This document shows positions 51,693 to 64,000 of a stretch of 64,000 nucleotides of DNA, piece by piece. The stretch's first letter is position 1. Every line of letters begins with the position of its first letter. The stretch is from Phoronis australis (Eukaryota; Animalia; Phoronida), in assembly GCA_002633005.1 (NCBI GenBank), contig NMRA01000006.1, positions 18,485 to 82,484 on the forward strand. The letters run 5' to 3'. The translations under genes and the position numbers were made by a program. The notes under the pieces were generated by a model. It saw nothing but the letters and a program-made list of their open reading frames with translations. It did no database searches and was not told the origin of the DNA.

Positions 51693-52348
51693 CAGGGCTC
51701 AACACTAACGGTTGCCCGATTGCCCGTGTACATGTAGATTTTGCGTCGGGCAAGTGGAATTTGAAAAGTACTTGCCCGATGGGCAAGTTAAAAAGCTAGC
51801 TGCATAGGCAAGTAGATCCTAAGATTGTCTGCTCGACATCTGCTCCAAAGTAATGAACCCCGACACAACCCTAAAAACCTTCGAAAATACCGACGACCAA
51901 AACTGTGCAAGATTTTTACGGATAGCAAAAAATGAAATTCAGGTTAGCAACTACTCAAGTTGAATGCAGGAGGGCGTATAAACTAATGAATACACAGAAG
52001 TGTCCAGAGTTCATGCCCTAGCTCATTTCGGCGCCTGTGAACGTGTGACAATGGTTCAGATACCATAGTTACTCTTCTAATTTGTCTCTCTAGTGTTTTG
52101 ACACACCTTATAGATAAATGTTCTATAAGAAGAATCGTTAAAAAAATAGCAACTCATGTATATAGCGTGCACAACACCAGAGGAGGCTCAGCACAGGCAG
52201 CCCTACGGTAACACATTACCTAGGTGTGCACATGCACGGTGCTATTTGGGATTGTACTTAGGGTAAGTGAATTCATTGTTCGGGCAAGTAAAAATTTCAA
52301 CTACTTGCCCGAGGGGCAAGTGGCTTAAAAAGTTAATGTTGAGCCCTG
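51693..52348. mobile_element. hAT-type MITE (656 bp) with 5-bp TSD
   Basis: TIR CAGGGCTCAACACTAAC / GTTAATGTTGAGCCCTG, subterminal TTGCCCG/GGGCAAGT repeats, and flanking ATCTG on both sides. Confidence 0.8.
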
Positions 52349-55300
52349 ATCTGGGATGGCACTTAGTGTCAAATGACACAAAAACACAAACTGGGGTGAA
52401 CACTGTTGATTGCATTGCATTGCCTAGTTGAATATCATACAGGTTTTAAAGTATTAAAAACCATCATTTTTGTCGTGACGTGATCTGGGATACTGGAAGG
52501 CGTTGCCAAAGATTAATAACTACGGTGGCCGAATGCTTGTTGTTGGCAGTCACGAGTGACCGAGCATGAATGACGTTGTTTTGGTGTAACTATAATTTTG
52601 CATTTTTTAAAGAAACTTTGATAGAGAAGGGGCCATGTGTTAGTTTAGGGCACCAACGTATGGGACAGATCCATCAAAGACACCGTGATTGTATACTCCT
52701 TAATTTACATTTCCACAAGTTTTGCTTTGACAAGGACTCGGCATTGCTTTGAATTGCGTCTCTCAAAACATTTAGGAATACACTCTAAGAAGTTCCATTT
52801 ATTTTAGCCAATTTTCAGTCCCAAGTTAACCCTCAGTACACTTTCCATTCTGTCGAGTATTTACACCCCAAGGTCATCCAACAGAGTGTCAAATGACTTT
52901 TTGGATAATGTTGTATAATTATTTTCTCAATTTTAGGGTGACAGTTAGAAAATAAGATGTGCCATACCTCTACATGTCAAATTCACTAATCCAAAATGCA
53001 TTTTCTTGATAAGTGAACCACCTTTGAGGATCATTAGATTGCACAGTTACTTACAAGTGTTTATCGTTAAGTAGCTCTCGTGGGCGTGAAACCACCTATA
53101 CTTCTGATGCTAGTCACTGTGTCACTTTAAGATCCAGATTTTTTTATTGTTTTCTAATTGGAAACCCAAACTTATATTATTTTGTCACAGTATGCTCGAT
53201 TTGAAATTAAGAGCTGTAATTGTATGAAACAAAAACAGTTATATTAACAGCAGTCTAACATGGCAAATGTACGCAACTGGGTGGTTTTCAACACTTTACC
53301 GCTCACAAATACTAGAGCACAGTTGACAACTTGTCCGGCTGAGAGCAACAAGGAGGCATATGTCTGGAAGACGGAAGGTTCGGCCAGGTGCCTAGAAAAG
53401 CCGCCAGATGCCTCGTAAAGCGACCCATTGCCTAGCAAAGCATATCACAATATATCAATCATCTTGAGCAATACTCCAGAAATCTACAAGATATTCCAGT
53501 ACTGATTGTTCAACAGAACATTCTCTTGATTTTGACACTGCAGTATATTTTGTAAATGGTTGATGACTTTATCATAACCCCGCAGTAAGTATTGTAGACC
53601 ACACGTGCTTGTGTCGCTACAAGTTCTTTGGTGGGAAATAAACATGACTGATCGTTACGACGTCGTGTGTTTACTTGTGCTAGTTTACAAGACACAAGTG
53701 ATTCCAAATCTCACTTTGTAACCCCCACAGTATGGCTTTTCACAAAAAGTGTTAGCTCCATCAACAATTTTTCTGGTTTCATTGTTATCAAGATCTTTTA
53801 CAAAAGTCCTGCCTTCAACCACAACAACTTTCGACTTAGCCTGCTTACAATCATGAAATTGGTCTTGCAATTTCCCTTACACAAACTGGAAGTTATTGTA
53901 GAGCTTCAAAAGAACTGATGGTTAGAGCTGAAGATCAGGCGCTACAAGTTCGCTTGCTGATAGTTGCCTGTCATTTTACGTGCAGAGCATGGTCACAGGC
54001 AATAACTAATTGCCATTTCCATGGAAACGAAGAACTCACTTGTCATTTAAGTAACGATTTAACCAGACCTGTGACCTTTATATTGGTAATTGGTTTAAAC
54101 TGAAAGTTCGCTTCTAAGATGGAAAGCAGGTTTATAACCGCTGATCATGACTTTTGCCACACAGAATTAGTAAATTATACTTTTGGTCTTTGCAGACCTT
54201 TCAACTGATTTTGAGTAGCAGTTGTTCTGCATTCTGGTTAATATTTTCACAGTGTTCCTAGATCCTTTCTAATGCTGTTTTAGACTAGACCAATTAGCTC
54301 AATGGCAACACTGTGAGAAAGTGAAACTGAAGTTTATAAACGGAATTATTTCAAAACACTACAGTGCTGAAGCCTAAGTCCAGTATGTAGGCAAACATTT
54401 GATGTACAACACTAAGTTTTATGCACCTCAGGCTTGGCTACCTAAAACTAATAGGGGGTAATAAAACAAATGTTCTCTCAGCCACCAGCCATAAACCCTT
54501 TATTAAGCTGTGTTTACCTACACAAGCCAGCTGAGACAGTTGAATGACTAACAATAGAGTTCAAAAAGAACTGCTTACACTGAGTGCATGTCCATTTTCA
54601 AAGGTCTACTGTGTGTGCCACCCATGGCTTACACAGGCCTGCAAAGTCTTAAGCTTCTACGTAGACTAGCTACCCCTCTCCTGACCAAAAACAAAACACA
54701 AAAATGACTATGGCTCGACACAATTTCAACTTCTGATGTGCAACAGAGCAGAGTTGACAAAAATGAAATGCAATGTCTTTTGTTCAAGGACAGTTTCCAA
54801 TAATTACCCTTTTTAGGGTGAGTCATTGGAATATCTAATTGCTCACCAGTCGTTATTTGACAAGATGGCATGATGATTGTAAAGAATTCATACATATAAC
54901 CAAGCGAGAACCCACTACAAAACTCTCTGTCCCAGTAACAAGTCAACTGCAGATGATGCTAAACAGTGTCCATCAAATATATGACCACCACCTAGCAACT
55001 AGATTAAGATTTACCTTGCCACTATTTCAGCTAATTTAGATCACTGCATTAAAAAAGAACCACTCCATAAACACAGAGCATAAGCGGCGCACCCGATAGC
55101 AGGGTGAGGGCTATAGCCCCCCACCACTTATTTTAGTGCTGTGCTGCCCATGCAGGGGGTACATAGATAACCACATGCTCGTTCACCAGAAGACAAGGGA
55201 AATAACACGAGGAGTAATATGTATCAGGTCAAACAGTGATTTGGTTCTGGTTTGAAAGCCTTTGCCTAGACTGAATTTTAAACCGGCTCACTTTAAAAAA

Positions 55301-55917
55301 AAATGCTCGCCTGTATCATCTAAGTCAAGCTCTAACAACACGCATCTTAACAATCATTAGATTTCCTGGCACAATACTGCATTCTGATTGACTACAACCA
55401 AAAATACCCAAGGGCATGTCACTTAAAAGCAGGTCTTTGATGAGTTGTTCAAAACTTGAAACAGGATACTTGTAGCCACTCAAACATGTCCCCATTGTTT
55501 CCAATTATAATAAATTTCATAGGTTGACAAGTTTTAAGTTTTAGCTGTCTGCAATTTGCCGCAGGCAGTCATGTCTCTAAACAACGATAAAAAGAAGCAA
55601 TGCTTCAAAGAAAATAAATTTTTGTCGTAAAGGAAGTGTGAAGGATTCTCACTTATTTCCAAAGTGGTAGTTCTACCTTATGCCCTTCCCAATTCAAAAT
55701 TCACCAACACTATTTAAGGGTATTAAGATCATTCATATAAGAGCCCTAGTGTTCAGTAAGGCACACAAGTCAGACCTGCCCATTGTGTTCTGTTGCTGTT
55801 AACAACTGCTTTCCCATTCAGCCTTTACCACTTTACTCCAGCATTAAAATTTACTCCTCTTCAGAACACGGTATTAGCCACCTGCCTAAAACTCAATCCA
55901 GGGGCTTAAGTCTGTGG

Positions 55918-56433
55918 CATTACGGCGTACTCTTGTTGCTCTCAACTTGTTCGATTCTACAGCCCAACAACAAGTTGGGAAGTTTACATAAGTAGCCAAT
56001 ATCTTACATGACTGATTAACTCCACTCTGGCATTTATGATTGGAGGGCCTGCTCTCTTTTGTTCAATAATTGCTCTAATCTCCGATCAGATCATATCTAG
56101 CCTGACTGGGCTGTACTGTTAAAAATAAAATTTAAGTTAAAACATACTTGAACATAAACCAATAGTATTTCTGAAACCTTCGTCTAATGGTGATTATGTT
56201 TAGTTTTTGAGTCGCCAAAATCGCCCAACTGCAACCGAAGTTACAATAATATATTCTTTCTGAATGTACCAATTCCCTCTGAGTTAGCAGGTGTTCACAG
56301 GTGGTCTGTAAAAAGCCTGTTGTCATAACAGACAAAAGACTTTGCTTGGCAGTAAACAAAGAAGCTAGATGTTATCACAGGCTCAGAAACCCCTTCCTAT
56401 GGTAAAGTCACTGAACAGAAAAATGCTGTCATG
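55918..56433 (+). mobile_element. ~520-bp MITE family copy (full length, in the putative intron)
   Basis: Same body as 43578-44102; ends CATTACGGCG...GCTGTCATG with GG on both flanks. Confidence 0.7.
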
Positions 56434-56638
56434 GGAAGGCTTAATCCATCAGAGCAAGTATGTCTATGGCAGAATGTGCTGAATAAGTGAAGAATTGAAG
56501 TATGTATAGCTGCATCTGGCCCTGTTGTAAGTCATCACTTTTAACATTCTTTGAGCTCTACACCAAAGACATTTAGTGTTTAAAAATATAAAGAATCCTA
56601 AGCAAGCCTGAATTTGTATCGAGCGATCCACTTAGTCA

Positions 56639-57665
56639 ACCGTCTAGAGATTTTATGTCCTTCAAGTCGCTGCCAATTTCCTAAAATACACACAAAATCT
56701 CTTCGCTTGAATAAAACATCGCAACAAAAAAAACTACAGGTCAACTGGGCTCATCAGTTTTACACGCTCTCACACAAAAATGGTCATAGTTGTGTTGTGC
56801 ACCATTTTTCAATTTCAGGTAAAATCAATGATTTTCTGACGCGCTTTTTACTAGCTGAGGGGGTATTACGTTCTTCCTGGTTACAGAATAGAAGACCTAC
56901 AATGGTAAGGAAATTTTTGATACAGATTTACATAAGAGTAAAAAGCCCAATTCTATTTTCGTTTTTTTAGCCTGCTAAACCAAGTGGCATGCAACTTAGT
57001 TCTTCGGGGCACGTTGAAAAGTGCAAAATTTTGAGAACCAGTTTTCAACACTGAATAACGGGCATCTAACTGGTTCTCCAAATACCGGCACGTTACATTT
57101 GATTATTGCCCATTGAAAATGCATAGACAATGCTACAAACCAATGTATCAANACCGTCCAGAGATTTTATGTCCTTCAAGTCGCTGCCAATTTCCTAAAA
57201 TACACACAAAATCTCTTCGCTTGAATAAAACATCGCGACAAAAAAAACTACAGGTCAACTGGGCTCATCAGTTTTACACGCTCTCACACAAAAATGGTCA
57301 TAGTTGTGTTGTGCACCATTTTTCAATTTCAGGTAAAATCAATGATTTTCTGACGCGCTTTTTACTTGCTGAGGGGGTATTACGTTCTTCCTGGTTACAG
57401 AATAGAAGACCTACAATGGTAAGGAAATTTTTGATACAGATTTACATAAGAGTAAAAAGCCCAATTCTATTTTCGTTTTTTTAGCCTGCTAAACCAAGTG
57501 GCATGCAACTTAGTTCTTCGGGGCACGTTGAAAAGTGCAAAATTTTGAGAACCAGTTTTCAACACTGAATAACGGGCATCTAACTGGTTCTCCAAATACC
57601 GGCACGTTACATTTGATTATTGCCCATTGAAAATGCATAGACAATGCTACAAACCAATGTATCAA
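56639..57665 (+). repeat. Tandem 513-bp duplication joined by a single N (likely unmerged contig overlap)
   Basis: 56639-57151 equals 57153-57665 apart from ~3 substitutions; N at 57152. Confidence 0.9.
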
Positions 57666-58329
57666 CAATCAACAAATACTAACGGAGCACATTACAATAG
57701 ATAAACAGCCAAATACAATAATTTTGTAAAAGTAAAAGAGAATTATTACCATCAGCCAACTACAGTACGTAAGTCAGACATGCATGATTTGAATTTTCGC
57801 TTAACTTGGACACAGTTCCATGGTACACATGCTCTTCTATCGAATTTAGCATTACTACAATAAAATTTCTCACCCCATTTGGATCCTTCAATCCCAGGTA
57901 TGCAAGTTTTTACTGTCGTATAGTAATTCTCCACTTATATCACACTTAACTTATTGCCAAGATTGTCATTTTTTCAGTTTTCAAAGCTTATTACTTCACT
58001 GCAAATAATGGAAATTTTACCAAAACTTAGCTCTGTGACATCTACACAGTACAAACCATGGTATCAATAGACTAAAATTTTCTTTAACCTGCTTTTTTGT
58101 ACAGATATTTGAAAAAACAGAATTTCACAAGTCCCGCATGTTGTATACTAATTTTATTATGAGGAAGAACTGCCCTATGATAAACCAGTCATTGCACTGA
58201 ATTGTGATCTCAAAAATACCCATGACATACACATATATGGCTTGGCAGGCTATTCAAGGAAACTGTGTCAAATTACGCAACACCCAATAAATGTTTAGAC
58301 AACTATTCAGTAAGCCAAGCCATAGTTTA

Positions 58330-59150
58330 ACTACAGACAAAGAACACCTCAAACAACCTCTCCACACCACTATCTGCCAGTATTACATAAGATGCTGAAG
58401 ACCACACAGTTTAACTTGTACTTGCAGCAGATGCTGAGGAATTTCCATTGTGTCACACTCTGCAAAGCCATGGACACCACTGGCACAACCATTAGCACAA
58501 CCACTCCTTTGTACACACTGCTCCCAAAATAAATGGTGTCTGCAAGCTGCCATCAATCAATCAGTCAGTTACCAGAGTGAATTCAGTGCAGATTTAGCTC
58601 CTGGAGATGGAAAAGTGTCAAAACTATTTCTACAGCACTTAGAATTTACCAACAATTGTTTAACAGATTGTTTTGGTTGAGAAGGAATTTCATCAACTTT
58701 CTCTAAAATCAACTGCACACCTAAGGGCATAGCGAAAACAAAAAAAAATTATGCAGTAAAAACTGATCAAGACAGGTAAATATTACACACCCCACACCTA
58801 TAAGTATTATCACTTACAGGGACTCCAGATTTAGACAACCAGTGTGACACCATTATTGAGAGGTGAAACCTGATTCTCAAAACGAAGTAGCCCTGTAAAT
58901 GTGATCTACCCTTTCCACTGTACTTATACATTCTGTATACCCACATGCACTTATACTGTAAACCACTATGGCCTAGTAGTTTTTGGCTTGGAATCAATCC
59001 CATAGAAGCAGTTGTCCTGGCAAACAAAGACTGCAGCTGCTAGGAAGATTTAATCTTTGTTTAGTCTGTGTGCCTTGGCACAGTGCCAACCAATGAGATG
59101 GCATCTTCCATGATTTTCCTCAGTATGACTAATACCAAATTCCACAGTGG
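58330..59150 (-). mobile_element. Highly decayed hAT transposase relic
   Basis: Minus-strand motifs in hAT order: LIGWHCAKAHRLN (HCxxH-like), SHWLS (RW motif) and SGVERLF (dimerisation-domain ERxFS-like). Confidence 0.55.
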
Positions 59151-62100
59151 TTAAATAACATAGGAATGCCATGTGTTAAGCCTGTTCACAGTGATGGCAT
59201 TCCTAACAAGAGCAGGCAAATGAGCTCGAGATTTTAAGTGCAGCATATCTGTACATTCAACCTTTCAGACACTCCATTCTATATCAAAAAGCTTTAGCTG
59301 AGCTGCTATAAACTGACCTCGCATAACAAAAAACAACTTTGGACCTCTGTGACAATGAAATTGGTCAGTGTCCTGCGAATCAAGACGCAAGTTGAATGAC
59401 ACCCTAGAAATGATTGGTTGCTGAAAAAAAAGTATGTGAACCCGCCATCATCAAAAATCTAACCGAAAGCTTCTCGCGAAAAAAGAAAGATCATGCAAAA
59501 TCGAGTGCGGTATGCTAGGGAGCTAATTACTCGCTTGTCCTTGGAATTCATTTAGATTTTATTTCAATGATTCCATTTCAGGAGTGAATTTTCGCCACAA
59601 GTGCAAGGTAATGTCCTGCGGTCTAGTGAAGTACAGCTCGGCTCTAGCCAGTGTACAAAACAACAATTTGTAACGAGCAGGAGTGTGATAGCATTGGAAA
59701 CTGGGTGTGAACTTGGGACAGGAAAAATGATACCCAAGAAAAAATCCTCACAAGACACGGGCACTTATCACCTCAGATGAGCGAGGGTATTGAATCGACT
59801 AGGAACTTTCACAATACATGATGATCAAATGAGCATGTTGTGTGTGTTATTCTGCCTCAGGATTGTGCGAGGTGGGCTGTGCCAGAAAATGAGATGTTAC
59901 CAGGTTTGCTTTCAGTCAAGGTCAGTATGGAAGCCAGGGAAAGGAATTCACATTATCAAAGCTGCTTGGATTACCGATAAACAGAAACAGACCATATCCA
60001 ATTTCATTAGCTATTACCTACAACCAGTGAGGGCAATCATTTGGGCTTCAAGAGAGGTAACTTATCACCAATAATAGTGCCTTAAAATTTTGCGCTAAAT
60101 CGTGGGCCTTTTGAAATTGACATGCAAGGTCAAAGCACTTCTTTGTGAACCCTTCTCTTGGTATACAACAGTCCCAGTTGGCCTGTGCAGGGCAATGGCC
60201 CACCCCCAAACAAAAAGGTTTATGGTCCTGGCAGAGACAATACTTGTTTTATAACCTCCCATGGATCAGTGAATAGACACNCCCCCCCCCCCTCTGAATG
60301 TTTGCAATAGCATCTGCCTAGACTACTTATATTACAAAATACAAAATGCCATTAATGGTATGGGGTTGTTCAAATGCAAACCCCAAATTGGACACTGGCT
60401 CCTCAAGTCAAGCAATCCTATAATGTGTTTTGGTCCACCATGCTTGTAACTCTAGCCTATTGAAGTCTAGGATCCACACCCTGGATTCCACATGTGTTGT
60501 GAGTCACTCAAGTCACTGTCTTCAATATATTATTAGAGTGACTGCCTGCAGGGCATCATCCTGATCTCTTCTTGGTATACCAAGCCCTCATATGACTTTC
60601 CAATGTCTGGAGGTAATTGAAATTTGTAAACAGAATTAATTGGATTTCAGAAGAGACTTAAGTTGGGGGTCAACACAGCAACCCTGACTGATAGTGATGT
60701 GTCAAAGGAGTGTATAAACAGCATGTAATGGTCCACCTGTCAAAGTTTTGGAGAGATGCAGTCAGTGAAGTTGTTAACTTCAATCCAGGACCAAGGTTAA
60801 CTGTTCACAGAGACTGGAACTCCCAAAAACAATGACACGACGACGCTAGTACGAAAGGGCAGGGATATTCCTAACCAGGATTGACCATGTGCCCCTTGGG
60901 TTCACCTGGTGATAAAAAGTGCCTTTTTTCAAAAAGTTGTGCCCAACAAACTTAGTATAATTAAAGTGGCAAAATATGAAACCGAAACCCCAAGGGCAAT
61001 AGAAAACAGGACTCAGTCATGTTAAGCTCAACTGGCTGCATGCCAGAATTTTGGAAGAATGTTAAATCTTGAAATATGTGCCCGGGGGCACACTGCAATG
61101 ACGTGATTGCGCCTTTTTATTATTTTTGCACTAATGGCGAAAAAGCAAAGTCCAGCAGTATCCATGAAAAGGCCAACAGCAACACGTCGACGTTAATAAA
61201 GAAGAGCCTTTGTGTACATTTTGGTACACCCTATACCTCAAACCAGATGTCAACTAAATAAGGTTGCTGTAAATGTTCTACAAGAAACCTGTCATTTGTT
61301 TATTTCATAAGAGCTCCACATGAGTGCAACCAGGCTCGCACCCAGGCTCATTTTGAGGATGTTGTCCTTTCACTAAAAAAACGGAATTCCTGCCTTTTTA
61401 GTGGATTTTGTCTCATTTTCTTGGACTTTTTGTTTCTCTGAGGCGGACCTTTTGCCCACTTTGCCAAATGGGGGGCTCATTAGAGTCCCCTAAGGCCCCC
61501 CCCTTCGGTGAGCGCATGCTCCAGACAAATGTTCAATTAAAGGGAGTGTTCTATTAGAGACCTATTGTAAATTGTTAATCACTAAGTCAAAACTATGATG
61601 ATAAACAGCGGGAAATGCATTTGCCCGCCGTCCACCCTAGCTCTAGTCACGCTAATGCAGGATCAGCGATATTCCTTGATCATGCATTTGTGGCATTAGC
61701 ACGTAAAAATACAATATCGCAAGTAAATTACAATAGTACGTTCCCCTTGAATGTATATTTTTAAATGCAACAGTTCCAGAAATACAGGATTGAAGTCAGT
61801 TTTCAGTCAACTCGGCAATGTATAGACCAGACTTCACTAAACTGACGTCAAGTTACAAAACTTTTAGGTTTTTCAATATTCGATTACAAATTAGCATTCC
61901 TGTTTTCAAACGAGAACACATCGCTCACAGCTCCACCTAAGACAATGATCTTGACGTTCTGTGACGTCTGCTGATGAATATGTCAAAATTCTTAGCTATG
62001 GCGAAGTGACAGCAAACTTTTCTTTCCAAAGAGTGATCCTTCCCAACATATCGCCCACCTGCTATTCCACAAGCAGTATCCCACGACGGTGACCAGTGGC

Positions 62101-62239
62101 AGTGACGTTGATGACCAGTGCTAGCGACGTTGGTGATGGTAAGCAAGCCGGTGATCCTCATACTTCCATCAATGATTATACAGTGAGCAGTGTCAGTGAT
62201 GAGGTGACAAATATTCCCGCTACCAACGATCCCATGACT

Positions 62240-62500
62240 CTCATGACCAGACCTGTAATCCGCTGATCCTGTGGCCTTTTACTTGTTCTTCAACTAAGCA
62301 ATCCGCCACAAACAAATGTCAACATAGCTGGCTTGTCACCAGCCATGGCTGGACTTCAACTCTTGACATTTGTCAGCTGGGTACAACTTTTTGAAAAAGG
62401 TACACTTTTCATCAACAGGAGCACCCAAAAGGCATGGGTTCAGTGGCTTCAAACAGAACATGAAGTCTAGCTACAGGGTTCTCCATAAGCAAAAACTCAC
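62240..62500 (+). mobile_element. Possible hAT N-terminal (TTF-type zinc finger) relic
   Basis: FSSTG..GFKQ followed by out-of-frame HE-x-S, resembling the F..GF..HE.S..H pattern; very degenerate. Confidence 0.25.
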
Positions 62501-64000
62501 ACATAGTAAAAATTCCGCATCGTGTTTTTGTATCCCAATTTGGTTTCTATTAATTCAAAAAACAATTAGTTTAATGTCATTTTCATTTCTTGGGCATGCC
62601 GCAGTTATCATCACTGCAAAATAGTCAAAAACAATCACTTCTGTGCTACAGTGTTCCAATCATTTGTTGTAATTTTAACTTCAGCTTTTCAAACATTTCA
62701 CAGTTTCCCAACAGGGTGCTCTGCGCTGCGCAATGTTTGATGGGAGAACACTTCTGAATCTCTCACCTAGTCGTACATGAAACATGGCAGTAGGGAATAA
62801 AATCTCGCGAGACCGAAATCATGGTTTTGCCCAAGCATCGGATGAGCATGATCGGTATCGAGGCGGAGTCCGATGTTGGTGAAATACAAGGTCAAAGAGC
62901 TATGTTGTATCAAAAGATATTAAAATATTTTTTTAAGTAAAATTCATTCATATCCTTCCAAAGCCTTGAAAGTAATAATTTGAGCAAATTTCAAGTATTG
63001 TAACTAAAAATTGGGTTGCAGCTCATTGGATCTTCCGTCCTTTCAATTACAATTTGTAAAAAAGGGACAACATTAATGCCAACCCCCGTCTCAACATACT
63101 TAATTTTACAAGGTGCCTTCAAAGCACCAAAGAGTTAGAGCTCTGCACATGATATTTAAAAAATGGCCACCAAAGCGCCGTCTTCCATCCAATTTTGGCC
63201 AGAAACATAAGGCTTTTTAACATGTCAGGTGAAATTGATGTCGATCATATGGACAGTGTGATCTGAAGCCTGTGAATAACAAACCAACAAAAGCCCAGCA
63301 AGTACAGCAATCTGTGCAGAAAAGAAGCGTCAGAGAAATAAATCTCAAATAACTTGGGAACCTCGGAGCGAGGGCACAGATAGTGTCCCATATTTATTCA
63401 CATCAAATGCACAAAAATCAATCACTTGATGAAGTCATCAGAAAACCTAGAATAACTTAAGAAGCTTAGTAAATAGGAAAAATTACGGCGTATTTCATAT
63501 AGCTCCAGACATGATCACTCTTCATATGAAATTTTAAACATATCAAATTTCAGAAAAGTCTGTCAATGGACCGCAGAGCCAGAGCATCATGACACAAAGC
63601 TGGACAAAATCCGGCCAGACAGTTTTAGTGCGACCATTAGCCAGAGTTAACTAAACATAGTGTGTCCATGAATTATGCATGCCTCAAAGAGGTGAGGCAC
63701 ATTCCTAATATTTTTCCTTTTACAGCCGCTTCAACCTCACACAGTAATGTCAGAAGTTTAGTTCGTGGTTACGCCACCAACACAATTATGCCGGACAATT
63801 AAGCTTCCTCATTACTAACAAAAAATCAACTCCGGAAACCATACTGACTTCTCAGCATCATAAAAGAATATCAAAATTGTAGTCAAATCAGACAACTAAT
63901 GAAGTTTTCAGAATATATACGCTTTTTAATCACAAACTTGACAATAAAATCCCCGTCTAATTACAAATGTGTATTGCAGCGACACTTGCTTATGACATCT

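Noticed and set aside
60380-60830. Gypsy pol remnants (KLDTG, KFV, DA motifs); also a CLMG fragment near 62720
   Set aside because: Too degenerate and compressed to support without an HMM search.

Overview
AT-rich, repeat-dense eukaryotic (metazoan, probably marine invertebrate) draft-assembly DNA with two N-gaps. It is not prokaryotic: I see no operons, rRNA, tRNA or CRISPR arrays. There is one convincing intact gene: a 1350-aa ORF on the minus strand (45926-49978) whose whole CDS lies in one exon, with a splice acceptor just upstream and a probable AATACA poly(A) site. Its protein has about three globular repeats in a disordered scaffold, plus PLDLS, PPPPY and basic NLS-like motifs. A decayed galactose-3-O-sulfotransferase pseudogene lies at ~31.7-32.6 kb. 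The rest is mostly transposon remains: an Academ-type XPG/Cys-finger relic, a Kolobok-like THAP deletion derivative with TTAA TSD, several hAT relics, MITEs with clear TIRs/TSDs (some with 5-bp TSDs), a solo LTR with a 4-bp TSD, and a multi-copy CATTA-ended MITE family. Two duplications next to Ns look like haplotype or assembly duplications. All family calls come from motif recognition by eye; no database search was run.
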